A DNA stretch of 61,147 nt, filler included, from Sphacelaria rigidula (taxonomy: Eukaryota): assembly GCA_964200075.2 (NCBI GenBank). It is 5 parts of 5 records of this genome, joined end to end, with 100 filler letters (N's around TTAATTAATTAA, not from the genome) between each part and the next. Parts side by side here need not be neighbours in the genome. Positions count along the whole stretch, not along the records: positions 1 to 12,150 come from CAXNAA020004075.1; positions 12,251 to 24,400 come from CAXNAA020004076.1; 3 more parts are not named here. One strand, 5' to 3'. Position numbers and translations under genes: made by a program. The notes beneath the pieces are model-generated. The model was given only the letters and a program-made list of their open reading frames with translations, made no database searches and was not told the DNA's origin. Positions 1-13,170 of the stretch are shown piece by piece. Position 1 is the stretch's first letter. Every line of letters begins with the position of its first letter.

Positions 1-45
1 GGGGGGGGGAGAGTGTGGAGGCGGTGGGGGCGGGTGGGTCGGGGG

Positions 46-1882
46 CGCGTACTCATTTGTTGCTTGCCTTAGTCGTTTGACCATTGACCATGCATCCCTT
101 TCGAGACGGAGCACCGTTCCTACTCCTATTAGAGACACCTTCAACTTTCCGGCGCTCATTACGTTCCTTCCATATGTTACACAAAAACCTTTCACATATC
201 TTATCCCGGTCCTGTTTCGCCGTCTGTGGCCACCATATATCTCCTAGTATAGCCATCGTTTTCTTCCTGTCTAACGCATCAAACGGTTCAATGCCATCTT
301 CGTTCACGTCCTGCATTTCCCCCTCCAGCACGTCCCGTTCCTCCTTGTATAGTTCACATTCTGTCACTATATGACTTTTTCTCTCTTTTACTTTGACATA
401 GGGGCAATTCTGTCCATCTACTTCCTTTTCCTTCCGACGACTGGTGTGTCCCTTTCGTATTTCTCGCAGGTCCAGGTCCCCCACCCGAAATCGAAGTTTC
501 ACATTTTTCGCAGCGTCCATTGGACCATAGAAATATGCTTTCATCCCTATCCTCCCTCTCAACCACCCGTATATCTCCAGGTGTTCCTCCTCGCCTACTT
601 TGCGTCTGAGCGCCCCCTTTTCCCTTATTTTTATCATGTCTCTTACTTTCGTCTGGTATCCCGCGCCTCCACCTATGGACAGTATTTTGTCACGGTTTCC
701 TCACACATCCTTCCATATTTTCTCGACTTCTTTATCCCACCTTACTCCAGCCTTCCCTTTCGTAGTTTTCTTCCATACATCCTTATCAACGATATCTGGC
801 GATCTCTTTTTCCGCGTGTTCTTTACGCTGTATTACCATCGTAATTTTCTCGTGCCTCTGTTTGTTTTAAGTGGGTTCATTTCCAATTCTGCTCTCAATG
901 CTGTATTACTCGTCGTTTTTGAGCATCCAAGTATCTTCTTAGCTGCTGCCATCTGTACTGTTTCCAACTTTTCCACCAACTCCACGTTCCCCTCCGATAC
1001 TTCTCCTGCATATTCCAGCTTTGGTATAATCACGTTCATCAGGATACATCTCTTAATCCTAGTGTCAAGATGCGAGTCTCTGAGAATCACGTTCATTATG
1101 TTCATCTGTGCCTTACCGTTTTTCTATTACTTTATGTGTGCATCCCAAGAACAGTTTTTTAGATCTCTACGCCAAGGTATGTATACTGGTCCACGATCGG
1201 CAGTTCCTCTTCTCCCCACTTCCATTTGAACCCTATCGGATTTTGCGTATCTTCGTTACAGACGAGTACAGCGCTTTGTTAACGTTCGCTGTCACTCTCT
1301 ATTTCCTAGTGTATTCTAGCGCCTTGTCTATCTGCTTCTGCAATCCTTCTGGTGCTTCTGAAAACCCCACAAAGCTGTCCGCGAACATCAATCCTAATAC
1401 CATATCTTTACCCACCTTGACTCCTTGCTTTGCTGCTTATATTATTACCATTATCAGTCCATTGATAAATATCTTGAACAAAGGAGGTGATAACGTACAT
1501 CCTTGTGCAACTCCTTGTAATGTATATATATAAATAATTCGATATTTCCCCGTCTAGCATCATAGCACTTTTGGCACATTCTGTCATCTTCTTCGCCGTT
1601 TTCCACATATTTTCTCTGATCCCAGCTACCCAGAACTTCTTCACAACCCATTTATCCACACTGTGTCATAGGTCTTTTGCACGTCCCGCCCAAAAAGTAC
1701 GTTGTCCGCCCGGTGTCTTTCCTACCCTGAATAATCTCACCTAGTGTGTATACATGGTCTACGCAACTACGGTTTGGTCTAAATCCTGGTTGCCCCTCGC
1801 TGATGTTCTCTTCCTTTTTTAGCATCGTTTCTATTATATCGTTCAGAATCTTACAGAATGTTTTCCCTACCGTGCTTAGTAG
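46..1882 (-). mobile_element. 5'-truncated, frameshifted non-LTR retrotransposon (LINE family A): RT plus C-terminal Cys/His region, 3' end ...ATGAGTACGC then C-rich tract
   Basis: Minus-strand translation gives RT motifs LLSTVGKTFCKIL, GFRPNRSCVDHVYTL, GVAQGCTLSPPLF, LMFADSFVG (YADD-equivalent) and PKLEYAGEV. The C-terminus has LRFRVGDLDL...C...HIVTECELY. Reading frame is broken by stops and frameshifts. Confidence 0.9.
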
Positions 1883-2576
1883 CGAGGGGGTGTGGGGTCG
1901 AATGGTCTAGGCGGGGGTGATATCGAGCGAATGTTGTGCTCCCCACATATCCCTTACCCCCATAAGTACTTCGTGAAAGTATAGAACAACAAACTTCCAG
2001 GCTTTGGCGCGGTGTGAAACACGCTATGGTTTCGATGCCATGTGAAAAACTATACCGTAGTATCTTTCTTTCAAATTTGTCCCAGAACTTGAAGTGTACC
2101 CCCAGGGGGAACCAGTGGTGGGGTTGGGGGATTGCGGATATCTACACTTCCAGTCTACGGGTACGCTCGTATCCAGAACCATCCTTAAGAATGTGAACAA
2201 CGAACGGCTTCGACCTGATCGGATTATTTGCATGCCCTTTCCCAACCGTCTCTCGGATGTATGGATTTCGCCGCCATCTCTTGCTCTCCCGAAGACTTGA
2301 TCGCACATCTTCCTCATCCTCGAGGGAGTCATGAGTAAAAGCCAACTCCTCTTCTGCCTCGTTCTCTTCTGCAACTGAGCAATCCCTTTGCATCCACCAC
2401 ATTTCCTGTCCGTTGGAGATATGAAGCTACAGTATGTGACAAAAAAAACAGCTTTTCATTCAACGAACACAGTACAGTATGGCGCAGTGCTACAGCACAA
2501 CAGCCCACACAGCACAGCACAGCACGGCACAGCTCAGAACAGAACAGAACACTACAGCACGGGTGGCGATGGACCA

Positions 2577-2666
2577 CTAAGCAAGCGCTGATATAATCTT
2601 CTCGAGCCATTTTTGTCGTTCTTTCCAGTCCGAACTGAACGATTCAGAGGAGCCAACGGCAACGGT
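2577..2666 (-). CDS. Putative terminal exon of an unidentified host gene (TVAVGSSESFSSDWKERQKWLEKIISALA*)
   Basis: Pyrimidine-rich acceptor ttttactcttgtag, then 90 nt in phase 0 ending in TAG. Protein-like composition; no homology recognised. Confidence 0.35.
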   Translation of the reverse strand, partial: TVAVGSSESFSSDWKERQKWLEKIISALA

Positions 2667-4171
2667 CTACAAGAGTAAAAGTTCCAGTCAAAGAAGCCGT
2701 TGGCATACAAATTTGTAATCGCATCTATAAGCAGCGACTGTCCATTACCAAACCATGACCACGCTTCCTGAGCGGTTTGCGGTTTGCATCACACGGCGCA
2801 AACCAGGAACGGTGGAGGCCCTGCTTACATCTCTGAAATATACCAGTCTATGCAATGCACGTGGTAGTTGCGCTACACGATTTGAAACGAAGGCGGACGG
2901 CAGACGGGTGGTCGAACGTGAGAGGAAAATAGGAGAATCGCGTTTGACGTTTGATATGCTACACCATACCAAGTAACAAGCACGCCCATAGCACAACCCA
3001 AATCGACTCACGATAGACCTACGAATTGAAATTGGGCTGTTGCCTGCCGCTGCTCAAGCTTTCAAACCCACACCACAGCCATACGGCACACGACCCATGG
3101 ACGATATCGCATAACGCGTGCTCCACCTGCTGGGGTGGCCTGAGCAGGGGTACGGGCGCGCCAATACTCGAGCTCTGACGGCTTTTCCGGGAGTAGACAC
3201 GTGGCATCGACGCACCACCTACTAGTATGTCATGAAGCGCACTCTCTATTCGGTGATGTGGTAAATGCTACTGTTCATACATTGATCTAGCAGCTCAAGA
3301 TAACCACACATGTGCAGCTAACCGACTGCTGGTGTGTGCTCTGGGAGATATGAGTATTTTGGAAACTCTTGCGACCTTCCGGACGAAAGGGTTAGAGTGT
3401 TATACCGTACACTTTGTTTCAGACACGCGAACAAATACGTTGAAGCTCTCTAGTCTCCATTTCACCTGAAACTGAGTAGTTCCACATATAGGAAATAATA
3501 CGCCAAGTGTACAAAAGTTGACCCTTGGTGTTTTGGTATTTGGGCAGGGGGAGGATGTATCGTTAATAGTATTTTCTTCTGAGGGGGGCGGTGATTTCCA
3601 ACGAATGTTGTGCGCCCCCAAGTGCACACAATAGACTCGAGGTACCACCTAGCATAACATCTGCTAGAACTTCCCCCCCCCCCTGACCAACGCCGCCAAC
3701 CTACCCCCTCAGCTGATCTAGATGCAGATGCCCAAGCCTGTCAGCTCATCGTTCCACTGTAAAATACTACCAAGGTTTGGCTTCTGTGTCCTTGTCCTGG
3801 AGGTCGCGAGAGGACACGAAGACGTGGGACAAGTTCATCACTCATCCGATATCACCAAGAAAGGGATTCATCAAGACCAATAAATTGCTGGCAACAAACG
3901 TTGGCTGTGTGTCAGAGAAGTTCACGCGCTAATGCTGCGCTGCTACTCGCTGCGCCGCCCACAAATGAGTCTTGAACCGTGTGCAACTTTCCATGTACCC
4001 TTTGGCCAGACGAATCATTATCCGCCTGAGGTATCTCTCCGGTCGAGCAGTGTCAAAAAGTGAAAGAATTGCACACACGGATACAATATTTCCTGGTGCA
4101 TCAAGGTTATTGCACTGAATATGTATATTGTTCCTGCAGCTGTCTTGTGCGACATTTCATCGCGCACCATC

Positions 4172-4470
4172 GACTGATTGATTGATTGATTGTGGCACAT
4201 AAATCGGTCTCATGTATTTAGTCATGGTCCAATCGTGGGTGGTCATTGTCCACATGGTAGACGACCCGAGACAAGAAAAGACTGAAACACTCGCTGAAGA
4301 AAACTGAAGAAAACTGAAGAAAAGACATAGAAGGTAGAACAGAGTATACTAAGAAGAGAAGAGAAAATAAGATAAAATGAAATAAAGACAAAAGAAAAAA
4401 GAATAAACAATATAAATTGCCGACCTCTGCCACATGGCTTCTACGCGAAAGGTCTTGCGCAGAAACCATA
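4172..4470 (-). mobile_element. Dispersed retroposon 3' fragment with (AATC)n tail; related pieces at ~8005-8120, ~15708-15850, ~46402-46870, ~55160-55235 (+) and ~37280-37470
   Basis: Shared ends ...gaccacgnntgga...atgtgc/gnnacAATCAATCAATC. Shared internal blocks (aacactcgctgaag; atggctt...aaggtcttgcgca). Confidence 0.65.
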
Positions 4471-4861
4471 CGAAACAGAGAACACTGCGCGCGAGGAAAG
4501 CGCGGGGCGCGCTCCAGCAGGCCGACTGATTCCCAACCAAAAGTGGAATCCAGCCTACTGCATATCACACACCGGGGCTTAGTGCAAACTTTGCTCACCT
4601 TACGCGGATCAATGTGGTTTTGGTGTACACTGGACGAGGGATTGATATGTAGCTGAATACATGACTATAAAATTGATCTACTTTCCTCCCAGATAGGCAA
4701 TCAACTACCCGAAAGATACGGGGCCCGATAGCTCAATCCACCAGTCAGCATCGCGCCCTCGAAAAGGGTGAACTCTGCGTATTTGTGTACACGAAGATTT
4801 GCGCCCATAATAGTGGGTCTTAAACAACCGACATATTATCTTGTTTATCACATAAGGCGAG

Positions 4862-5338
4862 GGGGTGTACTCATGATCTTGCATGCCATAGTCATATAGC
4901 CATTGACCTCGCATCCCTACAAACACGGGACAGAGCGCGCAGGGTTTGCTCCGGATCAGGCTCTCATCAATCACCAAGCGCGAAGCGCCGTGATGTGTTC
5001 GGCGAGTCGCATGGAGGGTGAGCTGGATCCTGTTTGGATTTTTCGGCCCGATGCGTACTGATTATCTTGCATATGGATGACAGCCGACAATGAGTTGTTT
5101 TATTTCCTCGTATCGCCACTTCCAGAGACAGCACACTGCCTCATGGTATCTCACCATTCAAACACTGCGGAGAATGACCATCAACTTTGCGCGGAATCGA
5201 GGTTCTTCACCCTGCACAACATGATGTAGCTCAACACCCATCATGATAACCGCGAAAAAATCGGTAACCTGGTTGCCTAGCTTAAGCACTGAGTGGCGTG
5301 TTTCACAGCGTCGTTGCCAACCAACGCCAACCCCATGG
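4862..5338 (-). mobile_element. ~500-bp SINE-like element (family S), full-length copy 1
   Basis: Colinear end to end with copies at 8531, 23755 and 38911. Contains accaagcgcgaagcgccgtgatgtg; the 3' tail is LINE-A-like and ends CATGAGTACACCCCC. Confidence 0.85.
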
Positions 5339-8300
5339 TGGTTGGGGGGGGGGGAAGTGACCGTACTGACCAAGCAAGATGTACATGTATCGGAACGTGC
5401 AGCGGACACCTGTAATACCAATGTTTATGCGCGCACGTCTACTTCTGATCCCACTGTCGCAGGATGGACAATACATAGCTCGAGCCGTAGCTGTTGATCG
5501 ACTGAGTACGACGCTCTTAGCTCGGAGCAAATCGGTTCAAAATTAAATGAAACGTGACGATTGCTGACAGACGGGCGCCGTATTACACACGCATCACACA
5601 CAAACACAATTACACATGCATGCACACAACGGTCAAAGGCTCCATCGTGAGCAATGTTTTTGGCACATACACAGCCGCCACTCTTCCAACACCAAACAAA
5701 ATTGCCGTGAAAACAAACCCACCGTGTGTACATGAACAAGAACTACAGTAACGCTGGACGTGATCCACTGGTGCTGCGGGTGTCTGCGTGTTCGTTCGTG
5801 CTCGGTAGTGTCGGTGAATCATGCTCAAGCCACATGTTCCAGTCACGCCCGTTGTTTTTCACGGAGTTGTTCTTGTGGAGATGTTCAGACTGAGCCCGTT
5901 CTTGAAAAAAAAAGCATATTTTTGTGTTTCCTAGCTAGGACCCGAATGCGTCATTATGGAGGAACGAACTTTGATACAAGCCAGTTTATTCTCTTTCGTC
6001 TCGATCAGGGTAGGCCCCTTATCTTTTCTTGTGCCCAGAAAGGACCTTGGGTATTTTTCGATCAAAGAGGCGTGCGTACATGCACGTCGAGACGAGGAAG
6101 AACCCTTCATTTGGGGATCTGCACTTCGTGTTTTCCGTCATCCACAGAAAGCTCTAGAGCACAGCAAAGGCGTGCTATGTGTGCGTTGTTTGGGAGGCCT
6201 CTCTTCTTTTCGAGCCACGTGTGTTTTTCTAACGAACGCGGGTGACGGTACGAACGCTGGTGACGGTAGCAGCTCGGGCCGTAGAGGTGATGGATCATTC
6301 ATTCAAAAGGCAAAGATGGTGTGGGCGGTGTATTCGTTGCCTCAGCTAGCAGAGGTAACAAAAGCCCAAGGGCCATCGAAGCACGCCTATGCCGTCAGCA
6401 CAAAATCCCTGCGGGATGAATCCTTCGTATACCAAACACAGATATTTACTTGTTTCGGAGGTGATACTTTTGGGGAGCTAATTCCCGTAGTCACAAATTC
6501 CGCTCGGGGGTGATATCGTCCGTGCTACCTAATTTGCTGGGGGCTGCTATCCCCCATGATCGAAAATCCCTGAGGAAGTGTTGACATTCGTATAGAAAAG
6601 CACGAATAGCTTGGGTGAGCACATACGGGTTTGGGAAGTATTTTTTTTTGGGGGGGGGGAGCTTATCCTATACTTACAAATTTCGTTTGGGGGGGGGGGT
6701 TACACTCTTCAGCTGAAAACGCCCTCAGGAAGTGCTGTCCTTCAGTGCGAAAAACACAGGCACATTGGGTGCGGCTACGAGTATAGTCGTGGGGAGGTTG
6801 TACGCAGCAGTTGAAAATGCCCCGAAAATGCGAGCCCTGAGTAACCGTCGTGCTTCACATACGCGGTTGAAGTGAAGGGCGGGGTGCTGTTTGCACCTCC
6901 GACGGATCGGCGGATTTACGGTACATGTCGATGCGATGTGTCGACGACAGTAGATTTTCGGACCTTCACAATACATATTGGTGTGTGCTGTAGCCGAGAG
7001 CATTTTAATGTCAGTATATGTTGCTCACATCGTCATCGTCAAGGTGGACGTGTTATGTATTGGACAGACTTGTCGCTACCTGAAATACACTGCAATATGT
7101 ACTTCCCACGCCAACGGGTGGACACATTGATTCACCGACAGCTTGGCATGACTCGAGTCAAAAGGAGGCATGGTGTATTACAACATGTGCCGAAAACGAA
7201 CCGTGCAAAAGTTATTATCATTGCGCATTCCACATGTGCATCCAAGGGTATGTATGTGTAAGTAAGTGCGGGAATACGAGGTCACAATAGTCACGGAAGA
7301 CTAAGAGACTGTGTTGTGCGGCCAATATTTATGCTTCGCACGAAGTAACCTTGTTTTTTCCCTCAAGAATCGTGGGTTATTGAGAAAAGTAACGATCCAC
7401 AAAATACAAGGACTGCAACTCCACCACCACAGCTGGGAAAACAAACTATCAAGCTAACTCGTGGCGTTTGTCCTGCATGGCTGAACCCCCCCACAGGTTT
7501 AGTCAACACTTCGTACCCGAAGGGAAAATACTCCAACGAACGAAAAGTTAAACACAACCAAGAGAAAGAGGGAGGTGAGAACACAAAACAAGAGCGCAAC
7601 GAAGGCGAAACAGGAGCAAAACGAAACGGAACGGAACGAACGGAACAAACACGTGTGCCCCACCTTAGTTCCACCCTAGTTCCACCCTCCCTCGAGCAAT
7701 ATCTGTCGGGCGACGGGTGGGGAAATTCGCTCGAGTACAATGACTACACCACTGCGACACCCTGTGCTAATGTTGGCTGTCTCCAACTAGCTGGTGCGTC
7801 CTGTTGGCTTGCTAGCACTGCTAACGTTTGCCTGAATCTGAAAGCGACTGAGCTACTAACGGTGGGGCGAGACAGTCTGCGGTCTCGTCCTCATTTAATA
7901 TTTTTTCACCTGCTGACGAAAGCCTCACATTGATACAAAACCCTGCAACTACTCACTCAAGTTGGTCCATGTGTTGTTTGGGCACTATATACCGACCCGC
8001 TTCTTGGTTGGTTGATTGATTGATTGATTGGTTAATTGATCAATGGATTGGTAGATTGATTGGCAGGGTGTCGCACATCAACTGATCTGCGACAAATCTG
8101 GCCGGGGTCACAAGATGAGCGTACCCAACGTGAAGGTGAAATAACAGCGGAAACGGTCCTGTCCTTAGAGGGAAAACTCGAGAAAGGGCAGACATGGAGA
8201 ACGAGAAGGAAGACAAAGCATGGTAAACTGCCACAATAAAAACAAGAACACCGTGCTACTATAACATCTTGTACCGGTCCCGGATCTGAATACTGTGATC

Positions 8301-8530
8301 AAAACGGCAGGCCTCTATCGCAGGGCTTCAGATAGGGGGACCGTACAAGAACAACACAACACAAAACCAAACTGGGCAGGGACAGTATAACAGTTTGCGG
8401 CTCAGATTCTCAGGACCACACGACTCAGATATTTCAGAACTACACTATTTATTTTGAGGCAACAACTCTCACACACAAGCTCTGCTGGAGCGAAACATGA
8501 ACACCACTGACGCAGCATGACAAAGAAAAG

Positions 8531-9040
8531 GGGGGTTTTCTCATCATCACGAATGCCATAGTCACTAGACCGTTGACCCCGCATCCCTACAAAGCCGGGA
8601 TGGAGCACGCCGGCTTTTCGCCGGACCAGGTTCGCACTCAGTCACCAAGCGCAAAGCGCCGTGGTGTGTTCGGTGAGTCGCGTGAAGGGTGAGCTGCATT
8701 CTGCTAAGATTGTTCGGCCCGAAGCCTGCTGATTATCTTGCATTTGGATGACAGCCTACAATAATTTGCTTCATTTTCTGGTATCGCCACTTCCTGAGAC
8801 AGACATGGCTTATACACTGCCTCATGGGTGACTCACCATGTAAACACAACGTAGTACGATTATCCCCATTGTGCGGAGCTGAGGTTCTCCCACGCCGCAC
8901 AATATGATCTAGTATGACTACCATCATGGTTACCGCAAAAAAAGTGCAAGCGCGCGAAAAACATCGATAACCTGGTTGCCTAGCTCGCGCAGTGAGTGGC
9001 ATCTTTTACAGCGTCATCGCTAACTGACGCCAACTCCATC
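8531..9040 (-). mobile_element. SINE-like family S, full-length copy 2 (plus a small internal fragment at ~9050-9096)
   Basis: Same 5' head (GAGTTGGCGTCAGTTAGCGATGACGCTGTAAAA) and 3' tail as copy 1. Confidence 0.85.
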
Positions 9041-9379
9041 GGGGGTCCGCCCCTACAAATCCGCGACGGAGCACGCCGGGTTCTCGCCGGGCCAGGGTGG
9101 AAGAAAAGGGGGAGGGGGGAGGGGGGTATGGAAGAATGGGGGAATGAAGAGGAAAATAATAAGAGGCGGAAATGATACGACTGTAGAGAGAGGGCAGCAT
9201 AATAAGGACAGAAAGACAGAAAGAAAAGTAGTCCAGAGAAAAAGACAGCAGAACATACATGCACTGGACACAGCTAGGGAGTGCCACTGAAGTTGCAAGC
9301 CAAGGAAGAACTTATGAACAGATGAGGCAAGACGGGAGTATGCCAGTTTTTTGTGCGACCCGCGCCTCCCCCGCTTATC

Positions 9380-11065
9380 TCCAGTTAGGGACAAAGCGTC
9401 CCACTCTCTCAACCAATTTCATGCTGAACTCCTCGCGGGGTTTTGTTGCTGTTGCTGCTGTTGGAATACCAGCAGTGGCGGCTCTACTGCTGGCGGCTTT
9501 CAGCGCAGTAGCCCTGCCTGGTGACATACGTCGGTTTGGCGTGTGTCTTCCCGTCGCCACGCCTCCTCGAACTTGCCCGCCCCCTTCTTGACTTCCAGGT
9601 GCCATTTGCCCATGTTTCTCGTGGCAGTGACTCAATATCGGGGGGGGTTTACTCCTATCCCGTAGACAAACAAGTTCTTTCGCTCCGCGGACTGAAGTTG
9701 GCGCTTGCAGACGGTCGTCTCGATACGCTCGCATAGGTGCAGCTCGAGCACAGCTCCGTGCGAAAGAGTCTTCTGTGCACGAATATCCTTCCTGCGGAAT
9801 CCATGCGCTCGCAGTAAAAGTGTGTGGCAGGCAGGATGCAGACTTTTGAAGTGCTCTGGGCGCAGCGTCCATGTAGCACATCTATATTGCATAGCTTCCA
9901 CCACCCCCGCTTTGAGCAGCTGGATTCTCAGAGGCAGTTGGGCGTGGGGTCGATCGTAGAGTTGGCAATCATATTTTCGGAGACGTGTCCACGCAACACT
10001 GATGCGACGCTTGATCTCGACCGAAGTGTTCGCGTCGGCGCTGACAGAATCAACAAGTTCGACAACGTCGACCGTCTGCTTATTCCTTTGGCGTGCCGCT
10101 TTGATGTGCAGCGTGGTCTTTGGCGAGCTGGGTACTGACCTAGCGCATGAGCTCTGCCTTCTTCTCGGATACATTTTGTCTGGTACACCACCCTCACCAC
10201 AATCATTGTGACAAGCTCATCTGGGGACCTCGATGCTGTGCCGGCATCATCCGTGTTTAGTACCCCCTGTATCGCGTGCTGCACCCTCTGCGGCGGCGTC
10301 TCCCCTATGGGATCACCATCCTCACTTTCTCGCATTTCATCTACAGATAAACCACGCCCGAGATGATGACTGGGCCTGCCTCGAAATGCTGTACGAAAAC
10401 ATCGACCAGTGCTGTGCCGAAGATCTTGAACAGTAGCGGGGACGAAACGCATCCTTGCCTGAGTACATAGCAGACGACGAAGCACGTGATTTTTTCCCAT
10501 CATCCAGCTTTTTCCGGGTTAGCATGCCATGGTGCAACATACGGATGACCTTAATCACCCGGGGCGGGGCTCAAAAACGCGCAAAAAGATCCCACAAGAG
10601 GGTGAGGTCCACAGGGTCGTACGCTTTCCGCAGGTCGATAAAGCACATGTCTAGCGGGATATTGCTCACCCGTCCCAACTCCTGCAGTCGGCGTACAACG
10701 AAAGAACATAACATCAGCCGTGAATCGCCGGCGCCGGAATCCGCACGATGTTTGCGCGAAAGCCCTTGCCTTCTCCACTAAGCTGTTGAGCTTTTTGGCC
10801 ACGAGATTGAGGGGAACTTCACCAGAATGCACCACGAATAAAAAATTCCCCTGTAGTCACCAGACTCGGTCCCATCTTTCTCTTTGTGTACCACTTTGAT
10901 AGTAGCGTCTTTGCATCCCTGCGGCACATCTCCAGACGTCCAAGCAGCAAGGATGACGCTGTACAAGTGGAACGAGATTCCGGGGGCTTCCCGACCAATT
11001 CAAGCCTCAAGAATTCAGCAGGTAGCCCATACGGTCCCATCGCTTTGCCTTGAGTCATAGGTCTT
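9380..11065 (-). mobile_element. Degenerate RTE-like non-LTR retrotransposon (LINE family B), 5'-truncated
   Basis: Fragments GKAMGPYGLPAEFL, VPQGCKDATIKVVHK...GDYRGI, CGFRRRRFTADVMF, LYRPAE/CFIDLRKAYD, LNTDDAG, SVEIKRRISVAWTRL, LLKAGVVEAMQYRCATWTL. These are typical RTE RT/thumb motifs, with many frameshifts. Confidence 0.85.
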
Positions 11066-12150
11066 AGTGCCTATTACCTCGGCCAGGATTGGCGAATCTC
11101 CACGTGACATAGCTTTTGGTCACTACGAGATATCCTCCATGACGGCTCGATCGATAGTTGCCAATGCTATACTCAACAACGTGGAGTAGTAGTGTTTTCA
11201 TCCCTAATAGACTGCCCTGTGCCCAGGGCGCTTCCAAGTTTAATTTATTTCGGTGTTTGTGACGTTGCGGTCTTGGATTGCGGCGGTGAAGCCGGAGTGG
11301 TCTTGGCTGGGCCCTTGTTAGAAGTGGCTCTAAAATGAAGGGCTGCAGCACGCACCCAGGGTATGATGATGTGTCGTTGCACGGAAGCGTAAAGTTGTAT
11401 TGAGGCATGAATCGTGTTCGTGTTATCGCCGTCGCCCTACATTCGCAAGGCCCCGCAACAAGCCGGCGCTGAGACACGAGCCATTTTCCAGCAAATTCCC
11501 GCTAGGTCGTCCCGCCCTAGTCTCAGCCACTACCATGCCTGTTTTCAAGCTCACATATAGGACTTGCTTCCCGGTATGCCATAGACAATAAGTTGCAAAC
11601 TGCTGTTTCTCGGGCAGACAGAAGACAGCGTCAAGCGTCAAGCAGCTGCACGCTGGGCCGAGGGACTCCATATCGGAAATGACGGCACCAACCCCCCCAG
11701 GCCGCTCGAACCTCATTCTGGGGCTGTAGGAGGGGAGAGGGGCGGACGTCCGGGTACCCTATTTGAGGATGGGGGTACCCCCCTGATCGATGGATGATGG
11801 CGGAAGTAGTTACTGTGTGTGTGCGCATCGGTCTTAGAACACATATATGTACATAGAATATGCTGCTTGCTGCTGTGTTCGACACTGCGTACCAACCGCA
11901 GCGTGACGCCTTCGGCGGTACTGCCTGCTTGCTGCACAGCGGCAAGGTGTAGGATGACAAAGCACACCGCAGGACGTCATATCGTTAGCCTATCCGTGTC
12001 CTGCATTGATTTCGCGCTGTCCTATGCAGTTCGTCACATCATGAACGCAGCCGCATGTACCTGCGGCCAACGTTTACGCGGAATATCACCCCACGCTACG
12101 CGCTATATCGCTACGCCGCATTTTGTAAAGCTGTCCGTGTTGCAGCTACA

Positions 12151-12250
12151 NNNNNNNNNNNNNNNNNNNNNNNNNNNNNNNNNNNNNNNNNNNNTTAATT
12201 AATTAANNNNNNNNNNNNNNNNNNNNNNNNNNNNNNNNNNNNNNNNNNNN
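12151..12250. other. Artificial linker (N44-TTAATTAATTAA-N44); identical linkers at 24401-24500, 36651-36750 and 48901-49000
   Basis: Four identical 100-nt blocks with exact 12,250-bp periodicity. Confidence 0.98.
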
Positions 12251-12311
12251 GAATATAGTGGTCTCAATCCTGGAGACGGGGTTCGACGCGGTGGGGGTGT
12301 TTGTGGGGGGG

Positions 12312-12347
<36 letters not shown>

Positions 12348-12474
12348 CGAAGTCGGTGAAGTCACGGCGGAGTAGAGTTTCGCGAGAAGGTAGTCTTTTG
12401 ACTACGGTATGCACGGCCATGAGTACCCCCTCCTCCCCTCATACCTTGGGACGGCTCTAACAGTATTATAATCG

Positions 12475-12882
12475 AGTGGAGTGAGGAGTAGATGCACAGG
12501 ATTGCCCCTGTGGCACAGCTATAGAGAGTACAACTCATAAAGTCGAAGAATGTGAACAATACAAGGAAGAACAGGACGTGTTAGAGATCGATATGTGGGA
12601 AGTAAACGACGGTGGTATAAAAAGGTTTTGATACATTAGACAACAGGGAGAAGACGATCGCTATACTAGGAGATACATGGTGGTCACAGACGGCGAGTCA
12701 GGAAGGGGACAAGATATGTAAAACCTTGTGCCATGTACGGAAGAAACGTAATGGGCGCTCAAATGTTGGAGGTGTCTCTGTCAGGAGTAGGAACGGTGCT
12801 CCGTCTCGAAAGGGATGCGGGGTCGACGGTCAAACAACAAAAGCAAGCAACAAATGAGCACGCCCCTCCACCCCCCCCCCCT
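12475..12882 (+). mobile_element. LINE family A 3' fragment ending ATGAGCACGC plus C-run
   Basis: Homologous to the reverse complement of positions ~46-430. Confidence 0.85.
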
Positions 12883-13170
12883 GATTCCTCCGGACGAGTC
12901 CGCACTCATAACCCTTTGACCGCCACGGTGGATCATTAGAGTCTTACATCCATTTCTGAAGTGAACACGATGCCGATTCCACCATGATAATGACCACACC
13001 TGACGATGACAGACCGACCAGTCCCGGCCGTCAGAGGGCTGAGGGACCAGCACACCCCTCTCCCGGTATACGTTGACAGGTCAACATATATTGACTCAAT
13101 TGACGATATTGTTGTGAGCCTCGGGGAGTCGCGCCTAAGGTATTTAAAGACCAACGATAACATGTAGCTA

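Noticed and set aside
600-1229. Plus-strand hydrophobic ORFs over 84-1533
   Set aside because: They are antisense shadows of the purine-rich LINE.
3773-3888. Minus-strand exon with in-frame TGA (selenocysteine idea)
   Set aside because: All frames contain stops, there is no redox motif or SECIS evidence, and no homology was recognised.
4862-5338. Hammerhead retrozyme interpretation of family S
   Set aside because: No CUGANGA...GAAA core with flanking stems was found by eye, and there are no LTR-like direct repeats.
12195-12206. TTAATTAATTAA as a biological motif
   Set aside because: It is embedded in Ns at fixed spacing and is an artificial linker.
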